A stretch of DNA of 64,000 bases from Batkoa obscura (taxonomy: Eukaryota): positions 124,001 through 188,000 of the forward strand of contig JASVEC010000017.1 of assembly GCA_030770535.1 (NCBI GenBank), read 5' to 3'. Shown here in pieces: positions 26,984 to 40,244 of the stretch (position 1 is the first letter of the stretch; each line of letters begins with the position of its first letter). The translations under genes were made by a program, and so were the position numbers. The notes beneath the pieces were generated by a model, which was not told the DNA's origin, searched no databases, and saw only the letters and a list, made by a program, of their open reading frames with translations.

Positions 26984-28456
26984 TCCAATATTCCCATTTT
27001 CATTCCCTGGTGTATTATTAATACTTGTATTACTATTACTTGAAAGTACTGAATCTGGTTTTGGAGAATCAGTTCTAGATAATGGTAAAGGTACTTTTTC
27101 TGGATCAAGAAAAGAAACTCTTCTAGAAATTCTACTTGTAACTTCATCTTCTAAATCTCTTACTACAATTATCGATTTACCATTTTTATTATCTTTATTT
27201 TTATGTCTTCGTTCAATTACTCGATCCGCTACTTGTTGTATATAAGCTAATATCTCTTCAGGTACATTATCTTCTTCATTTTCATATCGATAAGTTTCAG
27301 CAATTAATTGAATTTGTAAAGGAGAAATGGTATCTAATGTTTGTAATGTTTCAATAAATTCAGCTAATGATTTATGAGATGAATAACATTGAAGGAATTG
27401 TAACAAATGTAATAAAGATTTAAAATGAGAAGATAAATTAGCTACAATGGGTGAAGTAGCATGGGTTCTTATCCATTCTTCTAAGACAGTAACACTCATT
27501 CTTATTTGTATAGCTCGTGTACGTGAACAATATTTTTTAGTATCTAATATTCGATTAAATAATTCACTAGTTATATAATAAATTAATTGATTTAATATAT
27601 GATGAATTAATATAACATGAACTTGATAAGAATGTAAGATAGCTAAAGCAGAAGATAATATTGAAGTTATTTTTTCTGGATTACTATCTTTTTTATTTAA
27701 AATATTATTTTTATTACTTTGATTATTATTATTATTAATTCTTCTACGTATTGATAATCGTTTTCTTAAAGGTGTTAAACCATTGGCTAATTTTTCATCA
27801 TCATCATTAAATGAACTAGTTATTGAAGATAAAAAACTTTTTCTTTTTTCTTTAAATTTTGATTCATCGTTTAAACCAGGTATTGATTCACATTCTAATA
27901 TACAAGATTCTAATTCAGATTCTAATTTACTTTGTATATTTCTTACTAATAATTGATAAATTTCATGAATTAATTCACTTAAAGCTAATTGATGTTCTAC
28001 TGTAGATGATACTAATCCACTATCTTTTTTTAAATAATATAATAATTGAGAACAATTAGCTAACCAAAAGGATAAATATTTTAATTCATTAAATTTTAAC
28101 TAAAAATAATAAATAAATAAATAGAATATAAATAAAATATAAATAGAATATAAATAGAATATAAATAGAATATAAACTTACTTTAACACAATCAGCAATT
28201 AATTTTAATGCACTTTTTAATAAATCTTGTAATAAATCGGGAGTTGAAAAATAAAAAGCAAATCTAGAACATAAAAATAATACATTAGAAGGTACAAATC
28301 GTTGTTCTTTAGAATGATTTGGATTCATTGTTGTTATTATTGTTGTTAATATATGCGAAATTTGTTGATTTGAAAATACAAACATTTGATCAGGTAAACA
28401 TTGATCCCATACAAATTCTTCTACTGTTAATTCTTCTAATGTATCCTATAATAATA

Positions 28457-28535
<79 letters not shown>

Positions 28536-29496
28536 TAAATTACCTCATGATATCCATAATTATCTGAATTATGAATATTTTCTAAATTATTACCTAATAA
28601 TTCCAATTGATTAAATTTATCATTAATTTTAATTAAATAATCTTTATCATTTCCTTCAGGATCAGTTAAAGGTAAAGATTTAAAACTAGCTGAATCATCA
28701 TCCAAATAATCATTAACATTAAACCCTGAAAAAGATTGAATAGATTGTCTCACTCGATGTTGATGATTATAACTTAATATTTCTTGTAATTTAACACTTT
28801 TTTCATTTTCATTTGTATTATTTAATCCATGATTAATTATATCTAATACAGTTCTTCCTTTAGTTGTACGTGCCCCTGGTGAAGCCCCATGATCTAATAA
28901 TAATTTGACAATCTTTTCATGTTGATTACTCATTGCCCACATTAACGCTGGCCAACCATCTAATTAGTAAAGTAAAAACAAATTAATACCTCTTCTTAAT
29001 AATAATAAAATAATGAAACCCATTTTCACTTACTTTTGTCCTGCAAATCAAGACTAGCCCCATTTTTTACTAACACTTCTGCTACTTCAAAATAACCAAA
29101 ACAAGCTGCATAAATTAAAGGGGGTGAACCATCTTCATCTAATACATTAATATCAATATATTCTTTTAATATTTCATTTTTAAATAATTGTAAAACAGAA
29201 GTATCATCTCCACTAGATACCATACGATGTAATAATTTTCCAATTAATTCTTTTTTTTCTTGTTTCGTATAGATCCCTTGGGTGGCAATCTCAATAGCTT
29301 CTTCTATTTGGAGAGTTAGATCTTCACTTAGGATATTAGAATCTAAAGTTGTTTGCTCTGAAGTTAATGAAACTTCGGGAATTTGTTCTATAAGGGATCA
29401 ATGATTAATTGTTATTATTTTTTATTATTTTTTACTATTTTTTATTTTTATTTTTTAAAAAACAAAATATTTACCATTTAATATTATATCACTCAT
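26543..29496 (-). CDS. Ankyrin-repeat plus DIL (dilute) domain protein (multi-exon)
   Basis: Ankyrin repeats (DEDGSPPLIYAACFG, GWPALMWA) followed by LFNRILDTKKYCSRTRAIQIRMSVTVLEEWIR (DIL); inferred first exon MSDIILN at 29496. Confidence 0.85.
28459..28534 (+). repeat. (TTA)n microsatellite in an intron
   Basis: About 25 units, lying between the gtaatt donor and tag acceptor on the minus strand. Confidence 0.9.
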
Positions 29497-30271
29497 TTTT
29501 ATTATTATACAATATGGCTTTAATTTTTACAAAAGAGATAAAGTTTAATAAATTATTATTTAATATATTTTATAACTGGAATTTTTCAATAATCAAATTA
29601 AGCCACTATCTTAAAATCTTACAAATCTAGTCAACTTTGATTGGTAAATTAGGATTTTATCCAATTAAATTAATTGATAAAAATTTTAATAGATTAAGTT
29701 ATTTTGCTCTTTTCTCCTCGTGGTGATTTCAAAAGTGGTGAGATACTAAGTTTTACAATGAAAAGATGGCGACTGGGGAAGGTTACTATGAAAACTTTAT
29801 GACAAAGATAATTAAGCTCAACTTTTTATATCTTCTAGTTTATATAGATAGCTTTTATTTGTTTAATCTACTATTTTATTCGTTAATAATCCCAAAAGCA
29901 CCATTTTGGAGATTTTAATACATTCTAATTGCAACTTCAATAGTTACTCCTATTGGTGGATTTTAAGACCACTACTATTTTTGGTGTTTTTTTTTCAATG
30001 AATTAGTATCAATCTTTAATTTATTAATAGAAATTATTAAATTTTGAAAGTTGAATATTTTTAATATGAAATTAATATTATGATAACATAATAAAAATAA
30101 TAATAAATTATATATATATGTAGCTTATAGTTAATTAAATTACAATTTTATTAATAAGAATGAATCTAAAATAAAGACAATGTTTTTGATTTCAATACTG
30201 AATTAATAATTTTTTGAAATTTTAAGTGACTTAAAAAATGAACAAAAGATTGATATCTTAAATAGTGGAGC

Positions 30272-30373
30272 ATCTGGGGATGTTTTTTGGCTTCATTATT
30301 TTCGTTTTTTAAGCACTATTTAAGCGGAAAGATTGTTAGTAAAATTCTTAAACAAAAAAATACATCATCATCT
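30272..30373 (+). mobile_element. MITE-like family A, copy 3
   Basis: ggggatgttttttggcttcatt...gttagtaaaattcttaaacaaaaaaatacatc. Confidence 0.85.
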
Positions 30374-30621
30374 ATTTCGCTGAAAAATTTCATTAATAGC
30401 CTATCTATCTTTTCGAGTTTAAAAAGTAGACAAATTAATGAAATAGAAATAATGACAGAACTGGTTGCAGCTAAACGATTTTTTGGGTTTTTTAATTTGC
30501 GTTGAACTCTACTTATGCAAAACTGAAAGTTACGAATAATGTATTAGTTTTAAATTTATAAAGTAATTTCCGAACAAATTAAAAAAATTCAAAATGTTAA
30601 GCTCCAGCTAATTTTATTTTT

Positions 30622-30728
30622 ATATAGGGATGTATTTTTTTGTTTAAGAAATTTACTAATAATCTTTCCACTCAAATGGCGCTTAAAAAATGGAAAAAAT
30701 AATGATACAAAAAAAGACATCCTCATAT
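30622..30728 (-). mobile_element. MITE-like family A, copy 4
   Basis: atatagggatgtattttttt...gacatcctcatat. Confidence 0.87.
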
Positions 30729-31052
30729 TTGTTTTATAAAAAATCCAAAAATTAACAAAAATTAAAGATTAAAAATTAAAAATTAAAAATTAAATTAAAA
30801 ATAAATAAATAATTTTATATAAAATATCAACTGATAAATAAAGATATCATAACAATATACAATATCAATACACTATCAGGTGAAAGCATAATATAATAGA
30901 TGGAAATAATTTATTATTTAAAAAAAAATATTTGTAATAAAAAAAAGTTAGTCAAAATAGAATATAATGTTTCTAATAAAACAAGTCACATTACTTATAA
31001 AAGTTTACCTATTAAAAAAAAAAATTCAACTTCTTAAGCTTGGTCATAATAT

Positions 31053-31152
31053 TATTGGGGGTGTTTTTTTGATTTCGTCATTTTTCCATTTTAAGCACTA
31101 TTTGAGCAGAAAGGTTATTAGTAAAACTTAAACAAAAAAATACATCCCCTAT
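31053..31152 (+). mobile_element. MITE-like family A, copy 5
   Basis: tgggggtgttttttt...aaaaaaatacatcccctat. Confidence 0.83.
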
Positions 31153-32171
31153 TAATAACAGTTCAAATTTAAAGTTTAAAAATAAAATAAAAAGGTAAAA
31201 GTAACCAACTTTAATTACTTTTTATGGGAAGTGACTTAACTTGAGTGTTTCTAACATACTTTTTTATTATTATAAAGTTGCACTTTATGATAAGTTAAAC
31301 TTACAATACAACAACGATGTAAAAATTAATTTTTATACGCTGAGTTTAGTTTTGATTTTAATTTTAAACAAAACCATTAGTATTGAAATCCGATATTTAA
31401 TAAAAACAAATGACCATTAAAACATACAAGACAGTAGCATACTTTTAATACTTTTAATTACTCGCGTTTTCTAGCTATAGAAAAATTAAAATTTATCTAT
31501 TAATTAACTTAACGCCTCATTTTATACAAAAATAGAAATTTCCATTTCACTAAGCTTTCTGAAAAAAATAAACTCAAATCTTAAGATTAAATTTAGAGAA
31601 CTAGCAATAAACATAAAAAAATAATCCAAATAAAAAAAAAACTTTTATTAAATATTAAAAATTTCTTTTAAATCCTTCTTTCACAATTTGTTTCCTATAT
31701 ACGCCACTTCAATAGCGCTTGGTTTCTCTATTCTCTACTCTATTATCTCTCTTACAGCTACGAAAAAGTCAATTATACTTAGAACTCAACGAATTGAAGA
31801 TAAATCATTTGATCTGACAATTGCTAATCTATTCTGCTTCTGATGAAAAGCTGTCTATTAACTAACCAATAAAATGAGTTGAAGGATCAAATCACTTATT
31901 ATAATTGGCAAATTTCTTGTATACCTATGCTACTTTCAATCAGAATAGGTAAGAGCATAAAAAATTCAATATCATCTGATGCGGAATCACAGCAAACTGA
32001 CGAAATTCAAAAATTTAATGAGCGCATGATCTATCTATTCTTTAATTAAAAAGTTGGAATAAGAAATATAAAAGAAGAGTTGCAGACGATTGACTTTTAA
32101 AAAGTAGATCAACTTATCTTTTTTATTATTTTTTTTTAAAAAGCTTTTTTATAGCTTAACTAATTTTCATA

Positions 32172-34235
32172 ATGAACTTCAAATCTTCTGTTGTTTTATT
32201 TGTAATTGCTTTAGTAGGTGGTAACTCCGTATTAGCTCAAGGTAAACATTTTACCCCAACTGATTTGGTTACCATGGCCCGTCCAGGTTTCTTTGCTCCT
32301 TCTCTAGATGGTGATAAAGTAATTTATTCTGCTACCACTTATGATAAAGGAACCAATAAGAAAACTACCAAAATTAATCTTTTGGAAGTAGCTACTGGAA
32401 AAGCTAGTGATATCACTTCATTGACCACTACCGATTTCTCAGATGTTTCATTCATTGATAAAGATCGTGTTGCTTTTGTTTCATCTCGTTCTGGAACTCC
32501 TAATGTTTATACCTTAGACCTTAATGGTGGTGCCAGTTCTTTAAAACAATTAACTAATTTTACTTATGAAGAAGTTAATGGAGCTCAATTTAACTTTAAA
32601 GCTGGTAAAGTTATCTTTTCCACTGGTGTTTCCGTAAAAGAAAAAGAATCAGTACATAAATATAGCACTGCCAAAACTTTTGACCAACTTTATATTCGTC
32701 ATTGGGATACTTGGTATGATTATATTCATCAACATGTCCATGTTGCTGATTTAAGTGTTGAAAAAATTACCACTGAAGCTAAAGATCTTTTAGTAAGTAA
32801 TCCTAAACTTGAATCTCCTATTCGTCCAGATTATGATTCAAGTAACTATATTCTTTCTCCAGATGGTAAATTGGTTGCTTTTGTCACTCGCCCAGATACC
32901 AGGACTCAAGCTTGGAAAACTACTCTCGAACTTTACCTTGTCCCTACTACTGGTGAGCCTAAACTTGAGTTAATCTCCGAAAAGGGATTAGGTGCTATTT
33001 CAAGCCCTAAATTCTCTCCAGATGGCAAATACCTCGCTTGGGTACAAATGAATAGTGATAACAATGAATCCGATAAGGGATTAATTACTTTATATGATCT
33101 TAAAACTAAAACTAGAAAAGTACTTAACCATAAATGGGATGCTCAACCAGGAGACTTTACTTTCTCTAATGACGGTAACTCCCTTTACCTTAGTTTAGCT
33201 GATGATGGACATAACAAATTATTCGAATTTAATATCAAAACTCAAGAATATAAAGCTATTGTAAAAACTGGAACTTCAAGTGTTTTAGCTGAATACAATG
33301 ATAAGCTTTTAATTACTAAAGCCTCTACCAAGAGCCCTAATGAAGTTTATTCTTTAAGCAAAAATAATAATGAACTTAAACGTATTTCTGGTATTAATGC
33401 TGACTTCCTTGAAACCTTTAAATTCAATGGTTATGAACCTTTCTACTTTATCGGTGCCTTAAAGGAAAGAGTTCAAGGTTTCTTAATTAAACCACCAGGT
33501 TTTGATCCAAAGAAGAAATACCCAGTTATGTTTTGGGTACATGGTGGACCAGAATCTTCCTTTAATGATAATTGGTCTAACCGTTGGAACTACCAAATTC
33601 CAGCTAATGCCGGTTATGTAGTTGTTTCTATTAATTTCCATGGTTCTCCAGGTTGGGGTAATAAATTTACTCAATCTATCTTACGTAACTGGGGCTCTTA
33701 TCCATTTGAAGATTTAATGAAAGGTCTTGATTTCGCACTTGCTAAATATAGTTTCTTAGATTGTGAAAAGGTGGTTGCTTGGGGAGCTTCCTATGGTGGT
33801 TTTATGATGAATTACATCAATGGTCATACTGATCGCTTTAAGGCACTTGTAGTTCATGATGGTACCTTTAGCACTGAAGGCTCTATCTATAACACTGAAG
33901 AACTTTTCTTTATGGAAAATGAATTTGGAGGTGTAGGATGGTCTAAAGAAGCTAGAGAAAACTTTAAGAAATTCTCTCCACATAATTTTGTTGAAAACTG
34001 GAAGACTCCTGCTTTAATTATCCATGGTGGTAAAGATTATCGTCTTGTTGATACTGAAGGTATCAGTGCTTTCACTGCTCTCCAACGCAAAGGTGTTCCA
34101 TCTAGATTCCTTTATTTCCAAGATGAAAATCATTGGGTCCTTAAAAATGCCAACTCTCTTAAATGGATGCATGAAAATCTTGCTTGGTCCGCTAAGTGGC
34201 TCAATTATACTAATCCTTATGAGATTGAACTTTAA
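32172..34235 (+). CDS. Secreted S9 family dipeptidyl-peptidase V-like serine peptidase
   Basis: Signal peptide, PD40/beta-propeller region, VHGGPE, GASYGG nucleophile motif, DYR and ENHW triad residues; intronless 687 aa. Confidence 0.93.
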   Translation: MNFKSSVVLFVIALVGGNSVLAQGKHFTPTDLVTMARPGFFAPSLDGDKVIYSATTYDKGTNKKTTKINLLEVATGKASDITSLTTTDFSDVSFIDKDRVAFVSSRSGTPNVYTLDLNGGASSLKQLTNFTYEEVNGAQFNFKAGKVIFSTGVSVKEKESVHKYSTAKTFDQLYIRHWDTWYDYIHQHVHVADLSVEKITTEAKDLLVSNPKLESPIRPDYDSSNYILSPDGKLVAFVTRPDTRTQAWKTTLELYLVPTTGEPKLELISEKGLGAISSPKFSPDGKYLAWVQMNSDNNESDKGLITLYDLKTKTRKVLNHKWDAQPGDFTFSNDGNSLYLSLADDGHNKLFEFNIKTQEYKAIVKTGTSSVLAEYNDKLLITKASTKSPNEVYSLSKNNNELKRISGINADFLETFKFNGYEPFYFIGALKERVQGFLIKPPGFDPKKKYPVMFWVHGGPESSFNDNWSNRWNYQIPANAGYVVVSINFHGSPGWGNKFTQSILRNWGSYPFEDLMKGLDFALAKYSFLDCEKVVAWGASYGGFMMNYINGHTDRFKALVVHDGTFSTEGSIYNTEELFFMENEFGGVGWSKEARENFKKFSPHNFVENWKTPALIIHGGKDYRLVDTEGISAFTALQRKGVPSRFLYFQDENHWVLKNANSLKWMHENLAWSAKWLNYTNPYEIEL

Positions 34236-34567
34236 AAGGGTTAATTTTGTTATTAAAATTAATATGTTAAATAAAAAATTAATTTAAATGTAAAATATTA
34301 TTTTGTTTTTGTAATTTTATATATTTCAAAGTAGATCAGTATCTAGTCAACTATAGTTTATATAAAGTTTTTAAGGATACTACTTTTAAATGTGAAGATA
34401 TTATATGATTTGATATGGTGAAATAGTTTGGGTAATATAACGCTTAAGGGAAATAATTAAACAATAGAAACAAATAATTATATATTTTATGTTTTTTAAA
34501 GAACAGTTTGTAAATTATAAAAATGAACTAAATTGAAACTTTAATGAGTATTATTTTAAAATTAGAA

Positions 34568-36116
34568 TTAGAAGAGTAATCTTAAAAGTTCATCGGCTTC
34601 GGTATTAACATAAAATTTTAAAGGCTGTTCGAAACCATTGCTAAAATAATAGATCGTAAATAATGATAAACTATAAAAAATAAATTGTTAACTTACAACT
34701 CCATATTAAAACAGGTAGAATAAGCCCCCATATTTTCAAAATAAAGCCAGTCATTTAATTCCAATTCTGGCAACCTTAAGTTAGAATCTGTATTAATTTT
34801 ATCTTTAGCTCCTAACGCTGGTCCCCACAAAGTACAAAACTGTAAGTTTTGCTCTGTTATTTTAGGTAAATAGAGCCCATTTCGAAATAAAAGTTTAGGC
34901 TCATATAAGATCTCTGGAATAAATGCCCCTTCTGAAAAGGATTTAAATACTCCATCGTTCAAGTAATCTAAAATTTAATTTAATTTAATTTAATTTAATT
35001 TTACTGTTATTTTTTATAAATAAATTAGTACTTACACATGATAGATTTCTCTTCACTATCATTATAGCACACCCTTTTACCAATGACAGTGGTAGCTAAG
35101 GTATAAAAAGAAGCAGCAAAAAAGCGACCAGGCTCAGCAATAAAAGTTAAGTTGGCATCTTTAAAATAATCATTTAAAGATAAATTAACAACTTTTGCAA
35201 TTTTAATAAATTGCTCCACATTTTTAATCCCTGGAAAGCCACCACCAATATCCAATATGGACAAATCAAAGCCAACCGATTTAGCTTGATCATAAATAAT
35301 TCTAGCCCTACGTATAGTCTCTTTATAACCTTCAGGGTCAAGGCAATCACTACCAACATGAAAGCTTAAGCCCACAACATTGAGGTTAAAATCTTTAGCA
35401 GATTGTAATAATTGTCTACAAGCTTCTAATTCAGCACCAAATTTAGAACTAAAAGGAACTTTGGAATGACAATCCAATGGTAAAATTCTAAGGAATAACT
35501 CAGCATTAGGATAATGAATATAAATTTTTATCAATTCATCAATGTTATCAAAGGTCATCTTTCGTACATTTACTTCTTTAGCATATTTCAAATGATTCAA
35601 TTGTTTACACGGGTTAGCATAGATGATTCTGTTTGTTGATATATTATGCTTTAATATTGTTTGAATCTCTTTTTTACTGGCACAATCAAAACTCATCCCT
35701 AATTCTATCATCAATTTTATTAACATCTTATCCGGGTTACTCTTCACCGCATAGAATGGAACTACATCTGGTAAATGTGTCTTCCACAGCTTAAACATTT
35801 TGTAAACGGCACCTAAGTCACCCACCAAAAAAGAGTCCTGCATATTTTCGTTTAGTAATTTATATTTAATAAATGTCAAAGGCTCGGTCTTTGGTAATTT
35901 TAAGATACCCTCTTCTTGATTTAAGAAATTGGGGGATAATAAGGCTTCATGGATGATACTTTTCGATATATTGTCCTCGTATTTTGGTACCTTTAATTTG
36001 GCGATATTCATAGCTTCAATATGTGGACTTCTAACTATTTTTGGTGAGTTGGGAGTTAAGTCTAGCTTAAACTCACTGTCTATGTTAGGGCTTCTTACCA
36101 ATAAGTTGGTGTTCAT
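34568..36116 (-). CDS. Ornithine decarboxylase-family (fold-type III PLP) protein with an atypical active site; 3 exons
   Basis: PFYAVKSN, FDCAS, IIYANPCK, KFGA, SFHVGS, DIGGGFPG, AEPGRFF, FENMGAYS, FNGF; WGPALG in place of WGPTCD. Confidence 0.9.
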
Positions 36117-36778
36117 GATTCAGTTTTTTATAATAACAAAAGGCATTCTATGCTTTTTATTTGATATTTATACAATGTTATATGCTTTGTTTTGATCATT
36201 TTAAAATCGTTGATCTTATTTTTATTTTTTTGTAAATCTAATTTTACAATGGTTTATTTTAATTTGATGATTATGAAATTTAAATTTAGTCTGAATTAAA
36301 ATTAATTTGAAACACTAAGATTATTAATAGCTTCAGCATTTTATTTTTAATCGTATTCCTATGTAAATTCTAGATCTTAATATAATAATTATATAATAAT
36401 TTTATAACTAATTCATTAATAAGCTTCTTATTTTCATTCCATAGTCTAAATTGTAAACTATTATATTACAACTGCTTATTTTTATATATTTTTACTATGT
36501 TTAATTTTATGCTGATCCAAGTTGTCACCATTTGATAAAAAAAGATCAAGTCTTTTTATAATAGCTTTTCCGAACCTAAAAAGTTTTATAAATTATAAAA
36601 TTACTCAAAACAAAAATAACTTTTGCATTAAGATTATACGAATCTCATTTTCAATATTTTATAATATAAGTGTATATTTTCAAAATATTTGGTAACTAAA
36701 TAACGATTTATAATTTTAATTAAATAAATATATTAGAAGTACTAAAAACTTAATCTTAATAAAGAACAATTTATTGAA

Positions 36779-37837
36779 TTAATTGTTGAGTACAACTCTA
36801 TATCTAACTTTACCATCACGTACTAGTTGTACACCTTCATTACATTTATCCATAGGGTAGTTTTCTATCCAGGGGTAAACCTTATGTTCAGCAGCAAAAT
36901 CCAACATTTTACGGATTTCACAAGGGGATCCAATAGCTGAACCCCCGATAAAAATATTTTTCATGATTAAAGTAAATGGGCGAAGAGTAATGTTTGATTC
37001 TGGTGCTGCTAACAATATAATTTTACCATCGATATCCATCCAATTTGCAAAAGTATCCCATTGAGAGTCACTAGCATTGCTTGTGACAATAAGATATTTA
37101 AGGGTATCCTTAACCTTATTTGCTTCTTCTTCATTACTATAAGCAATGAAATGTTTGGCACCCATCTTTTTAGCATCATTTTCTTTAGAGTGAGAATGTG
37201 ATAAGGCATAAACTTCACAACCCATAGCATTAGCAAATTGAATAGCTAAATGGCCTAATCCACCAATACCAATAACACCGACTTTATCACCTGATTTAAA
37301 TCCATTATGAAGCATTGGAGTAAATACAGTAGCGCCAGCGCATAATAATGGTGCAGCATAATCCGAAGGAATACTTTCTGGAATAAGGAAACAAAAATCT
37401 TCTTGGACATGAACTGCTTCTGCATACCCACCATAGGTAGTAGATCCATCAATATCCCTTTTTGAGTTATAAGTGAGTCCACTCTTCTTACAGAATACTT
37501 CTCTTTGACGCTTACAAGCAAAGCAATCGTCATTCATACATGCAGCACATTGTGCTCCTACTCCTACTCTATCTCCTACTTTAAGCTTTTGTACTTTATC
37601 ACCTACTGCAGTTATCTCACCTACAATTTCATGACCAACGATCACTGGGTAATTGGTTGGACCCCATCCACTGTCTATGGTATGGAGATCAGAACCACAA
37701 ATACCGCAATGACTAATCTTGATTTCTACATCATTAGGTTGGAGTGGGGCAGCATCATAAGTATATTTGACTAATTTTTCATCTTTTCCATGGCAGGCAT
37801 AGCCACTGATTTTATTGTATTTTCCTGTATTTGACAT
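36779..37837 (-). CDS. NADP-dependent zinc alcohol dehydrogenase (Adh6/cinnamyl ADH-like)
   Basis: CGICGSDLH, GHEIVG, structural Zn cysteines, APLLCAGATV, GIGGLGH. Confidence 0.94.
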   Translation of the reverse strand: MSNTGKYNKISGYACHGKDEKLVKYTYDAAPLQPNDVEIKISHCGICGSDLHTIDSGWGPTNYPVIVGHEIVGEITAVGDKVQKLKVGDRVGVGAQCAACMNDDCFACKRQREVFCKKSGLTYNSKRDIDGSTTYGGYAEAVHVQEDFCFLIPESIPSDYAAPLLCAGATVFTPMLHNGFKSGDKVGVIGIGGLGHLAIQFANAMGCEVYALSHSHSKENDAKKMGAKHFIAYSNEEEANKVKDTLKYLIVTSNASDSQWDTFANWMDIDGKIILLAAPESNITLRPFTLIMKNIFIGGSAIGSPCEIRKMLDFAAEHKVYPWIENYPMDKCNEGVQLVRDGKVRYRVVLNN

Positions 37838-38513
37838 TTTTGTTTTTATTTATAAAATTTTGTTGTTTATTCTCTCTTTATTTATACTTTTTGACTACCA
37901 TTCCATTTGAATTTATTAACTTTTAATTAGTAATTATAATGATATATTAAATTATTCAAGAAGCCTCACTGTTTTTATTTGTTTCGGTATTAGTTTGAGC
38001 ATTCTTTCATTTCGGTCCTTCATTTCTCCTATTTTTATGCGTTTATTTTCAATTTTCGTCAAATTTCATTGTTTAGTGTTGGGATTTTATTAAATTGTGT
38101 AGAATAAAAATAATTATTTATAATTTGATTTTATTACTATATTTATTAATAAGTGATTAATAGTTTTTCCTTTTATTAACAAAATTAAGTTTTTATGATA
38201 ATAATGGTTGGAATCTGTAGCATTTAGCTTTATTATAGTTTTATTTAAAATAAAGCAGCACTTTTATTATTAATTTATCAAATCCAAATCATTGTCTGAA
38301 AATTCTTGAATTATTTAAATCCGATTATTTATTTAATCGGATAAAGTCGAATGCGATAATTAACAAGGCTGATTAATGAACATAGTAAGGTATTTTCATA
38401 AGGAATGTTAAGGACCTTATGTGTAGTTACCCTTTTTATATCTTCATTAGAGCATCATTTTCAATTACTTTTTACTTGACACAAGGTTATTAAAATGGTG
38501 TTTTTTGAAGTCG

Positions 38514-38620
38514 ATATGGGGTTGTTTTTTTTGGCTTCATCATTTTTTCTATCTTTTAAGCGCTATTTGAGTGCAAAAATTGTTAGTAAAATTCTTAAAC
38601 ATAAAAATACATCCCCATAT
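38514..38620 (+). mobile_element. MITE-like family A, copy 6
   Basis: atatggggttgtttttttt...aaaaatacatccccatat. Confidence 0.88.
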
Positions 38621-38779
38621 AGCAACATAAACCATCTTCCTAAATAGTAAGCCCTTTTCAATATTAATGAGGATAATGAAGTATATTTTAAACTAACAAT
38701 TTTACGGATTCTATTGATATCTTTTCTTTTGAAAATATCAGTTTAGACTTTAGTTAAAAGAATCAATAATTTGAAAACA

Positions 38780-38880
38780 CTTGGGGTATTTTTTGGTTTC
38801 TACCTTTTCCGCTTTTTAAGCGCTATTTGAGTAGAAAAACTGTTAGTAAAATTCTTAAACACAAAAATATATCTTCACTT
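38780..38880 (+). mobile_element. MITE-like family A, copy 7 (diverged)
   Basis: Core ttttaagcgctatttgagt..aaaaactgttagtaaaattcttaaac. Confidence 0.8.
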
Positions 38881-40079
38881 ATTTAAAGTATAGCTACAAT
38901 AAGCTATAAAACATATCAAATATTATACTTGATATATCTTATTTAACTTTTCATCTGATTTTTTTAATTTTCATGTTTTTACTTTACTTATATTCAATAA
39001 AATCAATTCTAAATAATATAAAATTCTGCTTTTATAGCTTACTGTTTTTAAAAAGTTTGATACTGAGTCTCTTAAATTTTATTAAGATAAATACAAAAAT
39101 GGAGGATTAGCCTATGATAGCATATATCAATAAGTTAGATATGTTTTTGAATTTAAACAGTACAGTGGATTTGTTTACCTTTTTGCTATTTATTTTTTAA
39201 AAATGACCCAATTTATTATTGAAAATACGTAAAAATCTTTTTAAAAATCAACTTTGCCTATATAAAAGTTTATATCCTAAAACTGTTATCTAGAATAATA
39301 TTTTTAAATAATTATAAGCTATACAGCAATTAAAAGTCATTTTAAACCTTTTTTGAAACAATTTATAAGCTAATCTGATTTTTTAGGCAAATCCGTTATG
39401 CTAATGGTGTAGAATTGTTAGTTTAACCTTTTTACTGGAAAATCATCTTACTTTCATTATAAAAAATATTTCCTGTCGCACTCAATGGCCTACAAGTTAA
39501 TTTTAACCCAAAAAATCATATTATCTTTTAAAGTACCTTATAATAATATATTGGACTTTTCTTAATAAAGTAAATATTTGTATTATTTAAAAGCAACTTA
39601 GAACAAAAGCTTTAATAATTTTAATAAGTCAGTTGGGTTATGAAAATTATTTGTATTCCTTACCAAATTAATATCAAAGGGCTTTCAATTTAAAAAAGGA
39701 ACTATATTCCCAAAGAGTATACAAATATATATAATTTATTTTAGGAAATATTCAAAGGTTTTACTCAATGAAACTATTGTATATATATTAAATAGTTTAT
39801 TATTTTTCAAGTTCTATCCTTACTAGCTTTGGTTTTTTACGGAAAGCTTATAAATTGCTAAATTAAATCGGTTGTTTTTAGTTGATTACTTGTATAATAG
39901 CTGATATTCAAAAAATTATTAATAAATGAGCAACAATTTACCTGTAATATATAAAAGTTCTTTGATCAAGGATATTGATGTACTTCACTAACCCCTTGCG
40001 TTACTGTTTTTTTTACTTTTCACTTATTAGAATGGTTGATTTTTACTAGCTAAAACGAAGAAAGCTACCAATTGAAAAG

Positions 40080-40244
40080 TACATCTGCTGCAACTCTATT
40101 GCAACCTAGGTAACTGCTCATTTAAAAATAAAAGTTTGCTAAAATCAGGCTAAATAAAGATTAGGCTTTAAGAAAATAAACATACAAATAGTTAGCTCCA
40201 AAAATTACCGCGAATTAGGTAGAAATAGAGTTGCAGCAGCTGTA
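40080..40244. mobile_element. MITE-like element C (165 bp, ~30 bp TIR, TA-CAG type ends, Tc1/mariner-like)
   Basis: tacatctgctgcaactctattgcaacctag ... ttaggtagaaatagagttgcagcagctgta. Confidence 0.8.

Noticed and set aside
28319..28567. Poly-Tyr ORF, and similar poly-Leu/Ile antisense ORFs at 21514, 22024 and 26887
   Set aside because: Artefacts of (AAT)n microsatellites overlapping real genes
38319..38342. Small hairpin atccgatta...taatcggat as a Helitron 3' end
   Set aside because: No following CTRR terminus and no other Helitron evidence
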